The notes beneath the pieces were generated by a model, which saw nothing but the letters and a program-made list of their open reading frames with translations, had not been told where the DNA came from and did no database searches. 64,000 bases of DNA, taken from assembly GCA_053919585.1 (NCBI GenBank), contig CM132809.1; one strand, written 5' to 3'. The stretch's first letter is position 1, and every line of letters begins with the position of its first letter. The position numbers were made by a program, and so were the translations under genes. This DNA comes from Euprymna scolopes. Its lineage: Eukaryota. Of this stretch, positions 38,001-53,000 are shown piece after piece.

Positions 38001-41000
38001 TATAGAAACAATTGTGATCTAACTCAACATCTCTTATATCCATTTTGGAGGTATGTAGAAACAATTGTGATCTAACTACACATCTCTTATATCCATTGTG
38101 GAGGTATATAGAAACAATTGTGATCTAATTAAACATCTCTTATATCCATTGTGGAGGTATGTAGAAACAATTGTGATCTAACTCAACATCTCTTATATCC
38201 ATTGTGGAGGTATGTAGAAACAATTGTGATCTAACTCAACATCTCTTATATCCATTGTGGAGGTATGTAAAAACAATTGTGATCTAATTCAACATCTCTT
38301 ATACCCATTGTGTAGGTATGTAGAAACAATTGTGATCTAATTAAACATCTCTTATACCAATTGTGGAGGTATGTAGAAACAATTGTGATCTAACTCAACA
38401 TCTCTTATATCCATTGTAGAGGTATATAGGAACAATTGTGATCTAACTCAACATCTCTTATATCCATTGTGGAGGTATGTAGAAACAATTGTCATCTAAC
38501 TCAACATCTCTTATATCCATTGTGGAGGTATGTAGAAACAATTGGCATCTAACTCAACATCTCTTATACCCATTGTAGAGGTATGTAGAAACAATTGTGA
38601 TCTAACTCAACATCTCTTATACCCATTGTGGAGGTATATAGAAACAATTGTGATCGAACTCAACATCTCTTATACCCATTGTGGAGGTATGTAGAAACAA
38701 TTGTGATCTAACTCAACATCTCTTATATCCATTGTGGAGGTATGTAGAAACAATTGTGATCTAATTAAACATCTCTTATACCCATTGTGGAGGTATGTAG
38801 AAACAATTGTGATCTAACTCAACATCTCTTATATCAATTGTGGAGGTATGTAGAAACAATTGGAATCTAACTCAACATCTCTTATATCCATTGTGGAGGT
38901 ATGTAGAAACAATTGTGATCTAACTAAACATCCCTTATACTCATTGTGGAGGTATATAGAAACAATTGTGATCTAACTACACCTCTCTTATATCCATTGT
39001 GGAGGTATGTAGAAACAATTGGCATCTAACTCAACATCTCTTATATCCATTGTGGAGGTATGTAGAAACAATTGTGATCTAACTCAACATCTCTTATACC
39101 CATTGTGGAGGTATGTAGAAACAATTGTGATCTAACTCAACATCTCTTATACCCATTGTGGAGGTATATAGAAACAATTGTGATCGAACTCAACATCTCT
39201 TATATCCATTGTGGAGGTATGTACAAACAATTGTGATCTAATGAAACATCTCTTATATCCATTGTGGAGGTATATAGAAACAATTGTGATCTAATTAAAC
39301 ATCTCTTATACCCATTGTAGAGGTATGTAGAAACAATTGTGATCTAACTCAACATCTCTTATATCCATTGTGGAGGTATGTAGAAACAATTGGCATCTAA
39401 CTCAACATCTCTTATATTCATTGTGGAGGTATGTAGAAACAATTGTGATCTAACTCAACATCTCTTATACCCATTGTGGAGGTATGTAGAAACAATTGGC
39501 ATCCAACTCAACATATCTTATATCCATTGTGGAGGTATGTAGAAACAATTGTGATCTAACTCAACATCTCTTATATCCATTGTGGAGGAATGTAGAAACA
39601 ATTGTGATCTAACTCAACATTTCTTATATCCATTGTGGAGGTATGTAGAAACAATTGTGATCTAATTCAACATCTCTTATATCCATTGTGGAGGTATGTA
39701 GAAACAATTGTGATCTAACTACACATCTCTTATATCCATTGTGGAGGTATATAGAAACAATTGTGATCTAATTAAACATCTCTTATATCCATTGTGGAGG
39801 TATGTAGAAACAATTGTGATCTAACTCAACATCTCTTATATCCATTGTGGAGGTATTTAGAAACAATTGTGATCTAACTCAACATCTCTTATATCCATTG
39901 TGGAGGTATGTAGAAACAATTGTGATCTAACTCAACATCTCTTACACCCATTGTGGAGGTATGTAGAAACAATTGTGATCTAATTAAACATCTCTTATAC
40001 CCATTGTGGAGGTATGTAGAAACAATTGTGATCTAACTTAACATCTCTTATACCCATTGTGGAGGTATATAGAAACAATTGTGATCTAACTCAACATCTC
40101 TTATACCCATTGTGGAGGTATGTAGAAACAATTGTGATCTAATTTAACATCTCTTATATCCATTGTGGAGGTATGTAGAAACAATTGTGATCTAATTAAA
40201 CATCTCTTATACCCATTGTGGAGGTATGTAGAAACAATTGTGATCTAACTCAACATCTCTTATATCAATTGTGGAGGTATGTAGAAACAATTGGAATCTA
40301 ACTCAACATCTCTTATATCCATTGTGGAGGTATGTAGAAACAATTGTGATCTAACTAAACATCTCTTATACTCATTGTGGATGTATATAGAAACAATTGT
40401 GATCTAACTACACCTCTCTTATATCCATTGTGGAGGTATGTAGAAACAATTGGCATCTAACTCAACATCTCTTATATCCATTGTGGAGGTATGTAGAAAC
40501 AATTGTGATCTAACTCAACATCTCTTATACCCATTGTGGAGGTATGTAGAAACAATTGTGATCTAACTCAACATCTGTTATACCAATTGTGGAGGTATAT
40601 AGAAACAATTGTCATCTAACTCAACATCTCTTATATCCATTGTGGAGGTATGTACAAACAATTGTGATCTAATTAAACATCTATTATATCCATTGTTGAG
40701 GTATATAGAACCAATTGTGATCTAATTAAACATCTCTTATACCCATTGTAGAGGTATGTAGAAACAATTGTGATCTAACTCAACATCTCTTATATCCATT
40801 GTGGAGGTATGTAGAAACAATTGGCATCTAACTTAACATCTCTTATATCCATTGTGGAGGTATGTAGAAACAATTGTGATCTAACTCAACATCTCTTATA
40901 CCCATTGTGGAGGTATGTAGAAACAATTGGCATCTAACTCAACATCTCTTATATCCATTGTGGAGGTATGTAGAAACAATTGTGATCTAACTCAACATCT

Positions 41001-44000
41001 CTTATATCCATTGTGGAGGAATGTAGAAACAATTGTGATCTAACTCAACATTTCTTATATCCATTGTGGAGGTATGTAGAAACAATTGTGATCTAACTCA
41101 ACATCTCTTATATCCATTGTGGAGGTATGTATAAACAATTGTGATCTAACTCAACATCTCTTATACCCATTGTGGAGATATATAGAAACAATTGTGATCT
41201 AACTCAACATCTCTTATATCAATTGTGAAGGTATGTAGAAACAATTGTGATCTAATTCAACATCTCTTATACCCAATGTGGACGTATGTAGAAACAATTG
41301 TGATCTAACTCAACATCTTTTATATCCATTGTGGAGGTATGTAGAAACAATTGTGATCTAACTCAACATCTCTTATATCCATTGTGGAGGTATGTAGAAC
41401 AATTGTGATCTAATTCAACATCTCTTATACCCATTGTGGAGGTGTGTAGAAACAATTGTGATCTAACTCAACATCTCTTATACCCATTGTGGAGGTATAT
41501 AGAAACAATTGTGATCTAACTCAACATCTCTTATATCCATTGTGGAGGTATGTAGAAACAATTGTGATCTAACTCAACATCTCTTATATCCATTGTGGAG
41601 GTATGTAGAAACAATTGTGATCTAATTAAACATATCTTATATCCATTGTGGAGGTATGTAGAAACAATTGTGATCTAACTAGACATCTCTTATACCCATT
41701 GTGGAGGTATATAGAAACAATTGTGATCTAACTCAACATCTCTTATACCTATTGTGGAGGTATATAGATACAATTGTGATCTAACTCAACATCTCTTATA
41801 TCCATTGTGGAGGTATGTAGAAACAATTGTGATCTAATTCAACATCTCTTATATCCATTGTGGAGGTATGTAGAAACAATTGTGATCTAACTCAATATCT
41901 CTTATATCCATTGTGGAGGTATGTAGAAACAATTGTGATCTAACTCAACATCTCTTATACCCATTGTGGAGGTATGTAGAAACAATTGTGATCAAATTCA
42001 ACATCTCTTATACCCATTGTGGAGGTATGTAGAAACAATTGTGATCTAACTCAACATCTCTTATATCCATTGTGGAGGTATATAGGAACAATTGTGATCT
42101 AACTCAACATCTCTTATATCCATTGTGGAGGTATGTAGAAACAATTGTGATCTAACTCAACATCTCTTATATCCATTGTGGAGGTATGTAGAAACAATTG
42201 GCATCTAACTCAACATCTCTTATACCCATTGTAGAGGTATGTAGAAACAATTGTGATCTAACTCAACATCTCTTATACCCATTGTAGAGGTATGTAGAAA
42301 CAATGTTGATCTAACTCAACATCTCTTATACCCATTGTGGAGGTATGTAGAAACAATTGTGATCTAATTAAACATCTCTTATACCCATTGTGGAGGTATG
42401 TAGAAACAATTGTGATCTAACTCAACATCTCTTATATCAATTGTGGAGGTATGTAGAAACAATTGAAATCTAACTCAACATGTCTTATATACATTGTGGA
42501 GGTATGTAGAAACAATTGTTATCTAACTAAACATCTCTTATATCCAGTGTGGAGGTATGTAGAAACAATTGGCATCTAACTCAACATATCTTATATCCAT
42601 TGTGGAGGTATGTAGAAAAAATTGTGATCTAACTCAACATCTCTTATATCCATTGTGGAGGTATATAGAAACAATTGTGATCAAACTCAACATCTCTTAT
42701 ATCCATTGTGGAGGTATGAAGAAACATTTGTGATCTAACTCAACATCTCTTATATCCATTGTGGAGGTATGTAGAAACAATTGTGATCTAATTAAACATC
42801 TCTTATATCCATTGTGGAGGTATGTAGAAACAATTGTGATCTAACTACACATCTCTTATACCCATTGTGGATGTATATAGAAACAATTGTGATCTAACTC
42901 AACATCTCTTATACCTATTTTGGAGGTATATAGATACAATTGTGATCTAACTCAACATCTCTTATATCCATTGTGGAGGTATGTAGAAAAAAATTGTGAT
43001 CTAATTCAACATCTCTTATATCCATTGTGGAGGTATGTAGAAACAATTGTGATCTAACTCAACATCTCTTATATCCATTGTGGAGGTATGTAGAAACAAT
43101 TGTGATCTAACTCAACATCTCTTATACCCATTGTGGAGGTATGTAGAAACAATTGTGATCTAATTCAACATCTCTTATACCCATTGTGGAGGTATGTAGA
43201 AACAATTGTGATCTAACTCAACATCTCTTATATCCATTGTGGAGGTATATAGGAACAATTGTGATCTAACTCAACATCTCTTATATCCATTGTGGAGGTA
43301 TGTAGAAACAATTGTCATCTAACTCAACATCTCTTATATCCATTGTGGAGGTATGTAGAAACAATTGGCATCTAACTCAACATCTCTTATACCCATTGTA
43401 GAGGTATGTAGAAACAATTTTGATCTAATTTAACATCTCTTATATCCATTGTGGAGGTATGTAGAAACAATTGTGATCTAATTAAACATCTTTTATACCC
43501 ATTGTGGAGGTATGTAGATACAATTGTGATCTAACTCAACATCTCTTATATCAATTGTGGAGGTATGTAGAAACAATTGGAATCTAACTCAACATGTCTT
43601 ATATCCATTGTGGAGGTATGTAGAAACAATTGTGATCTAACTAAACATCTCTTATACTCATTGTGGAGGTATATAGAAACAATTGTGATCTAACTCAACA
43701 TCTCTTATATCCATTGTGGAGGTATGTAGAAACAATTGGCATCTAATTCAACTTCTCTTATATCCATTGTGGAGGTATGTAGAAACAATTGTGATCTAAC
43801 TCAACATCTCTTATACCCATTGTGGAGGTATGTAGAAACAATTGTGATCTAACTCAACATCTCTTATACCCATTGTGGAGGTATATAGAAACAATTGTGA
43901 TCTAACTCAACATCTCTTATATCCATTGTGGAGGTATGTAGAAACAATTGTGATCTAACTCAACATCTCTTATATCCATTGTGGAGGTATGTAGAAACAA

Positions 44001-47000
44001 TTGTGATCTAACTCAACATCTCTTATATCCATTGTGGAGGTATGTAGAAACAATTGTGATCTAATTCAACATCTGTTATACCCATTTTGGAGGTATGTAG
44101 AAACAATTGTGATCTAATTAAACATCACTTATACCCATTGTGGAGGTATGTAGAAACAATTGTGATCTAACTCAACATCTCTTATATCCATTGTGGAGGT
44201 ATATAGGAACAATTGTGATCTAACTCAACATCTCTTATATCCATTGTGGAGGTATGTAGAAACAATTGTCATCTAACTCAACATCTCTTATATCCATTGT
44301 GGAGGTATGTAGAAACAATTAGCATCTAACTCAACATCTCTTATACCCATTGTAGAGGTATGTAGAAACAATTGTGATCTAACTCAAAATCTCTTATACC
44401 CATTGTGGAGGTATATAGAAACAATTGTGATCGAACTCAACATCTCTTATACCCATTGTGGAGGTATGTAGAAACAATTGTGATCTAATTTAACATCTCT
44501 TATATCCATTGTGGAGGTATGTAGAAACAATTGTGATCTAATTAAACATCTCTTATACCCATTGTGGAGGTATGTAGAAACAATTGTGATCTAACTCAAC
44601 ATCTCTTATATCAATTGTGGAGGTATGTAGAAACAATTGGAATCTAACTCGACATCTCTTATATCCATTGTGGAGGTATGTAGAAACAATTGTGATCTAA
44701 CTAAACATCTCTTATACTCATTGTTGAGGTATATAGAAACAATTGTGATCTAACTACACCTCTCTTATATCCATTGTGGAGGAATGTAGAAACAATTGGC
44801 ATCTAACTCAACATCTCTTATATCAATTGTGGAGGTATGTAGAAACAATTGTGATCCAACTCAACATCTCTTATACCCATTGTGGAGGTATGTAGAAACA
44901 ATTGTGATCTAACTCAACATCTCTTATACCCATTGTGGAGGTATATAGAAACAATTGTGATCGAACTCAACATCTCTTATATCCATTGTGGAGGTATGTA
45001 CAAACAAATGTGATCTAATAAAACATCTCTTATATCCATTGTGGAGGTATATAGAAACAATTGTGATCTAATTAAACATCTCTTATACCCATTGTAGAGG
45101 TATGTAGAAACAATTGTGATCTTACTCAACATCTCTTATATCCATTGTGGAGGTATGTAGAAACAATTGGCATCTAACTCAACATCTCTTATATCCATTG
45201 TGGAGGTATGTAGAAACAATTGTGATCTAACTCAACATCTCTTATACCCATTGTGGAGGTATGTAGAAACAATTGGCATCTAACTCAACATCTCTTATAT
45301 CCATTGTGGAGGTATGTAGAAACAATTGTGATCTAACTCAACATCTCTGATATCCATTGTGGAGGAATGTAGAAACAATTGTGATCTAATTCAACATCTC
45401 TTATATCCATTGTGGAGGTATGTAGAAACAATTGTGATCTAATTCAACATCTTTTATACCCATTGTGGACCTATGTAGAAACAATTGTGATCTAACGCAA
45501 CATCTCTTATATCCATTGTGGAGGTATATAGAAACAATTGTGATCTAATTAAACATCTCCTATACCCATTGTGGAGGTATGTAGAAACAATTGTGATCTA
45601 ACTCAACATCTCTTATATCCATTGTGGAGGTATATAGAAACAATTGTGATCTAACTCAACATCTCTTATATCCATTGTGGAGGTATGTAGAAACAATTGT
45701 GATCTAACTACACATCTCTTATATCCATTGTGGAGGTATATAGAAACAATTGTGATCTAATTAAACATCTCTTATATCCATTGTGGAGGTATGTAGAAAC
45801 AATTGTGATCTAACTCAACATCTCTTATATCCATTGTGGAGGTATGTAGAAACAATTGTTATCTAACTCAACATCTCTTATATCCATTGTGGAGGTATGT
45901 AGAAACAATTGTGATCTAACTCAACATCTCTTATACCCATTGTGGAGGTATGTAGAAACAATTGTTATCTAATTAAACATCTCTTATACCCATTGTGGAG
46001 GTATGTAGAAACAATTGTGATCTAATTAAACATCTCTTATATTCATTGTGGAGGTATATAGGAACAATTGTGATCTAACTCAACATCTCTTATATCCATT
46101 GTGGAGGTATGTAGAAACAATTGTCATCTAACTCAACATCTCTTATATCCATTGTGGAGGTATGTAGAAAAATTGGCATCTAACTCAACATCTCTTATAC
46201 CCATTGTAGAGGTATGTAGAAACAATTGTGATCTAACTTAACATCTCTTATACCCATTGTGGAGGTATATAGAAACAATTGTGATCTAACTCAACATCTC
46301 TTATACCCATTGTGGAGGTATGTAGAAACAATTGTGATCTAATTTAACATCTCCTCTATCCATTGTGGAGGTATGTAGAAACAATTGTGATCTAATTAAA
46401 CATCTCTTATACCCATTGTGGAGGTATGTAGAAACAATTGTGATCTAACTCAACATCTCTTATATCAATTGTGGAGGTATGTAGAAACAATTGGAATCTA
46501 ACTCAACATCTCTTATATCAATTGTGGAGGTATGCAGAAACAATTGTGATCTAACTTAACATCTCTTATACTCATTGTGGATGTATATAGAAACAATTGT
46601 TATCTAACTACACCTCTCTTATATCCATTGTGGAGGTATGTAGAAACAATTGGCATCTAACTCAACATCTCTTATATCCATTGTGGAGGTATGTAGAAAC
46701 AATTGTGCACTAACTAAACATCTCTTATACCCATTGTGGAGGTATGTAGAAACAATTGTGATCTAACTCAACATCTCTTATACCCATTGTGGAGGTATAT
46801 AGAAACAATTGTGATCTAACTCAACATCTCTTATATCCATTGTGGAGGTATGTACAAACAATTGTGATCTAATTAAAGATCTCTTATATCAATTGTGGAG
46901 GTATATAGAAACAATTGTGATCTAATTAAACATCTCTTATACCCATTGTAGAGGTATGTAGAAACAATTGTGATCTAACTCAACATCTCTTATATCCATT

Positions 47001-50000
47001 GTGGAGGTATGTAGAAACAATTGGCATCTAACTCAACATCTCTTATATCCATTGTGGAGGTATGTAGAAACAATTGTGATCTAACTCAACATCTCTTCTA
47101 CCCATTGTGGAGGTATGTAGAAACAATTGGCATCTAACTCAACATCTCTTATATCCATTGTGGAGGTATGTAGAAACAATTGTGATCTAACTCAACATCT
47201 CTTATATCCATTGTGGTGGAATGTAGAAACAATTGTGATCTAACTCAACATTTCTTATATCCATTGTGGAGGTATGTAGAAACAATTGTGATCTAACTCA
47301 ACATCTCTTATACCAATTGTGGAGGTATGTAGAAACAATTGTGATCTAACTCAACATCTCTTATACCCATTGTGGAGATATATAGAAACAATTGTGATCT
47401 AACTCAACATCTCTTATATCAATTGTGAAGGTATGTAGAAACAATTGTGATCTAATTCAACATCTCTTATACCCATTGTGGACGTATGTAGAAACAATTG
47501 TGATCTAACTCAACATCTATTATATCCATTGTGGAGGTATGTAGAAACAATTGTGATCTAACTCAACATCTCTTATATCCATTGTGGAGGTATGTAGAAC
47601 AATTGTGATCTAACTCAACATCTCTTATACCCATTGTGGAGGTATGTAGAAACAATTGTGATCTAACTCAACATCTCTTATACCCATTGTGGAGGTATAT
47701 AGAAACAATTGTGATCTAACTCAACATCTCTTATACCCATTGTGGAGGTATGTAGAAACAATTGGCATCCAACTCAACATATCTTATATCCATTGTGGAG
47801 GTATGTAGAAACAATTGTGATCTAACTCAACATCTCTTATATCCATTGTGGAGGAATGTAGAAACAATTGTGATCTAACTCAACATTTCTTATATCCATT
47901 GTGGAGGTATGTAGAAACAATTGTGATCTAATTCAACATCTCTTATATCCATTGTGGAGGTATGTAGAAACAATTGTGATCTAACTACACATCTCTTATA
48001 TCCATTGTGGAGGTATATAGAAACAATTGTGATCTAATTAAACATCTCTTATATCCATTGTGGAGGTATGTAGAAACAATTGTGATCTAACTCAACATCT
48101 CTTATATCCATTGTGGAGGTATGCAGAAACAATTGTGATATAACTCAACATCTCTTATATCCATTGTGGAGGTATGTAGAAACAATTGTGATCTAACTCA
48201 ACATCTCTTACACCCATTGTGGAGGTATGTAGAAACAATTGTGATCTAATTAAACATCTCTTATACCCATTGTGGAGGTATGTAGAAACAATTGTGATCT
48301 AACTCAACATCTCTTATACCCATTGTGGAGGTATATAGAAACAATTGTGATCTAACTCAACATCTCTTATACCCATTGTGGAGGTATGTAGAAACAATTG
48401 TGATCTAATTTAACATCTCTTATATCCATTGTGGAGGTATGTAGAAACAATTGTGATCTAATTAAACATCTCTTATACCCATTGTGGAGGTATGTAGAAA
48501 CAATTGTGATCTAACTCAACATCTCTTATATCAATTGTGGAGGTATGTAGAAACAATTGGAATCTAACTCAACATCTCTTATATCCATTGTGGAGGTATG
48601 TAGAAACAATTGTGATCAAACTAAACATCTCTTATACTCATTGTGGATGTATATAGAACCATTTGGTATCTAACTACACCTCTCTTATATCCATTGTGGA
48701 GGTATGTAGAAACAATTGGCATCTAACTCAACATCTCTTATATCCATTGTGGAGGTATGTAGAAACAATTGTGATCTAACTCAACATCTCTTATACCCAT
48801 TGTGGAGGTATGTAGAAACAATTGTGATCTAACTCAACATCTGTTATACCAATTGTGGAGGTATATAGAAACAATTGTCATCTAACTCAACATCTCTTAT
48901 ATCCATTGTGGAGGTATGTACAAACAATTGTGATCTAATTAAACATCTATTATATCCATTGTTGAGGTATATAGAACCAATTGTGATCTAATTAAACATC
49001 TCTTATACCCATTGTAGAGGTATGTAGAAACAATTGTGATCTAACTCAACATCTCTTATATCCATTGTGGAGGTATGTAGAAACAATTGGCATCTAACTC
49101 AACATCTCTTATATCCATTGTGGAGGTATGTAGAAACAATTGTGATCCAACTCAACATCTCTTATACCCATTGTGGAGGTATGTAGAAACAATTGGCATC
49201 TAACTCAACATCTCTTATATCCATTGTGGAGGTATGTAGAAACAATTGTGATCTAACTCAACATCTCTTATATCCATTGTGGAGGAATGTAGAAACAATT
49301 GTGATCTAACTCAACATTTCTTATATCCATTGTGGAGGTATGTAGAAACAATTGTGATCTAACTCAACATCTCTTATATCCATTGTGGAGGTATGTATAA
49401 ACAATTGTGATCTAACTCAACATCTCTTATACCCATTGTGGAGATATATAGAAACAATTGTGATCTAACTCAACATCTCTTATATCAATTGTGAAGGTAT
49501 GTAGAAACAATTGTGATCTAATTCAACATCTCTTATACCCAATGTGGACGTATGTAGAAACAATTGTGATCTAACTCAACATCTTTTATATCCATTGTGG
49601 AGGTATGTAGAAACAATTGTGATCTAACTCAACATCTCTTATATCCATTGTGGAGGTATGTAGAACAATTGTGATCTAATTCAACATCTCTTATACCCAT
49701 TGTGGAGGTGTGTAGAAACAATTGTGATCTAACTCAACATCTCTTATACCCATTGTGGAGGTATATAGAAACAATTGTGATCTAACTCAACATCTCTTAT
49801 ATCCATTGTGGAGGTATGTAGAAACAATTGTGATCTAATTAAACATCTCTTATACCCATTGTGGAGGTATGTAGAAACAATTGTGATCTAACTCAACATC
49901 TCTTATATCCATTGTGGAGGTATATAGAAACAATTGTGATCTAACTCAACATCTCTTATATCCATTGTGGAGGTATGTAGAAACAATTGTGATCTAACTA

Positions 50001-53000
50001 CACATCTCTTATATCCATTGTGGAGGTTTATAGAAACAATTGTGATCTAATTAAACATCTCTTATATCCATTGTGGAGGTATGTAGAAACAATTGTGATC
50101 TAACTCAACATCTCTTATATCCATTGTGGAGGTATGTAGAAACAATTGTGATCCAACTCAACATCTCTTATATCCATTGTGGAGGTATGTAGAAACAATT
50201 GTGATCTAATTCAACATCTCTTATACCCAATGTGGACGTATGTAGAAACAATTGTGATCTAACTCAACATCTTTTATATCCATTGTGGAGGTATGTAGAA
50301 ACAATTGTGATCTAACTCAACATCTCTTATATCCATTGTGGAGGTATGTAGAACAATTGTGATCTAATTCAACATCTCTTATACCCATTGTGGAGGTGTG
50401 TAGAAACAATTGTGATCTAACTCAACATCTCTTATACCCATTGTGGAGGTATATAGAAACAATTGTGATCTAACTCAACATCTCTTATATCCATTGTGGA
50501 GGTATGTAGAAACAATTGTGATCTAATTAAACATCTCTTATACCCATTGTGGAGGTATGTAGAAACAATTGTGATCTAACTCAACATCTCTTATATCCAT
50601 TGTGGAGGTATATAGAAACAATTGTGATCTAACTCAACATCTCTTATATCCATTGTGGAGGTATGTAGAAACAATTGTGATCTAACTACACATCTCTTAT
50701 ATCCATTGTGGAGGTATATAGAAACAATTGTGATCTAATTAAACATCTCTTATATCCATTGTGGAGGTATGTAGAAACAATTGTGATCTAACTCAACATC
50801 TCTTATATCCATTGTGGAGGTATGTAGAAACAATTGTGATCCAACTCAACATCTCTTATATCCATTGTGGAGGTATGTAGAAACAATTGTGATCTAATTC
50901 AACATCTCTTATACCCATTGTGGAGGTATGTAGAAACAATTGTGATCTAATTAAACATCTTTTGAAGCCATTGTGGAGGTATGTAGAAACAATTGTGATC
51001 TAACTCAACATCTCTTATATCCATTGTGGAGGTATATAGGAACAATTGTGATCTAACTCAACATCTCTTATATCCATTGTGGAGGTATGTAGAAACAATT
51101 GGCATCTAACTCAACATCTCTTATACCCATTGTAGAGGTATGTAGAAACAATTGTGATCTAACTCAACATGTCTTATACCCATTGTGGAGGTATATAGAA
51201 ACAATTGTGATCTAACTCAACATCTCTTATACCCATTGTGGACGTATGTAGAAACAATTGTGATCTAATTTAACATCTCTTATATCCATTGTGGAGGTAT
51301 GTAGAAACAATTGTGATCTAAGTAAACATCTCTTATACCCATTGTGGAGGTATGTAGAAACAATTGTGATCTAACTCAACATCTCTTATATCAATTGTGG
51401 AGGTATGTAGAAACAATTGGAATCTAACTCAACATGTCTTATATCCATTGTGGAGGTATGTAGAAACAATTGTGATCTAACTAAACATCTCTTATACTCA
51501 TTGTGGAGGTATATAGAAACAATTGTGATCTAACTCAACATCTCTTATATCCATTGTGGAGGTATGTAGAAACAATTGGCATTTAACTCAACTTCTCTTA
51601 TATCCATTGTGGAGGTATGTAGAAACAATTGTGATCTAACTCAACATCTCTTATACCAATTGTGGAGGTATGTAGAAACAATTGTGATCTAACTCAACAT
51701 CTCTTATACCCATTGTGGAGGTATATAGAAACAATTGTGATCTAACTCAACATCTCTTATATCAATTGTGGAGGTATGTAGAAACAATTGGAATCTAACT
51801 AAACATGTCTTATATCCATTGTGGAGGTATGTAGAAACAATTGTGATCTAACTAAACATCTCTCATACCTATTGTGGAGGTATGTAGAAACAATTGTGAT
51901 CTAATTTAACATCTCTTATATCCATTGTGGAGGTATGTAGAAACAATTGTGATCTAACTCAACATCTCTTATACCCATTGTGGAGGTATGTAGAAACAAT
52001 TGTGATTTAACTCAACATCTCTTATATCAATTGTGGAGGTATGTAGAAACAATTGGAATCTAACTCAACATGTCTTATATCCATTGTGGAGGTATGTAGA
52101 AACAATTGTGATCTAACTAAACATCTCTTATACTCATTGTGGAGGTATATAGAAACAATTGTGATCTAACTCAACATCTCTTATATCCATTGTGGAGGTA
52201 TGTAGAAACAATTGACATCTAACTCAACTTCTCTTATATCCATTGTGGAGGTATGTAGAAAATTTGTGATCTAACTCAACATCTCTTATACCCATTGTGG
52301 AGGTATGTAGACACAATTGTGATCTAACTCAACATCTCTTATACCCATTGTGGAGGTATATAGAAACAATTGTGATCTAACTCAACATCTCTTATATCCA
52401 TTGTGGAGGTATGTAGAAACAATTGTGATCTAATTCAACATCTCTTATACCCATTGTGGACGTATGTAGATACAAATGTGATCTAACTCAACATCTCTTA
52501 TATCCATTGTGGAGGTATATAGAAACAATCGTGATCTAATTAAACATCTCCTATACCCATTGTGGAGGTATGTAGAAACAATTGGGATCTAACTCAACAT
52601 CTCTTATATCCATTGTGGAGGTATATAGAAACAATTGTGATCTAACTCAACATCTCTTATATCCATTGTGGAGGTATGTAGAAACAATTGTGATCTAACT
52701 ACACATCTCTTATATCCATTGTGGAGGTATATAGAAACAATTGTGATCTAATTCAACATCTCTTATATCCATTGTGGAGGTATGTAGAAACAATTGTGAT
52801 CTAACTCAACATCTCTTATATCCATTGTGGAGGTATGTAGAAACAATTGTGATCCAACTCAACATCTCTTATATCCATTGTGGAGGTATGTAGAAACAAT
52901 TGTGATCTAATTCAACATCTCTTATACCCATTGTGGAGGTATGTAGAAACAATTGTGATCTAATTAAACATCTTTTATACCCATTGTGGAGGTATGTAGA

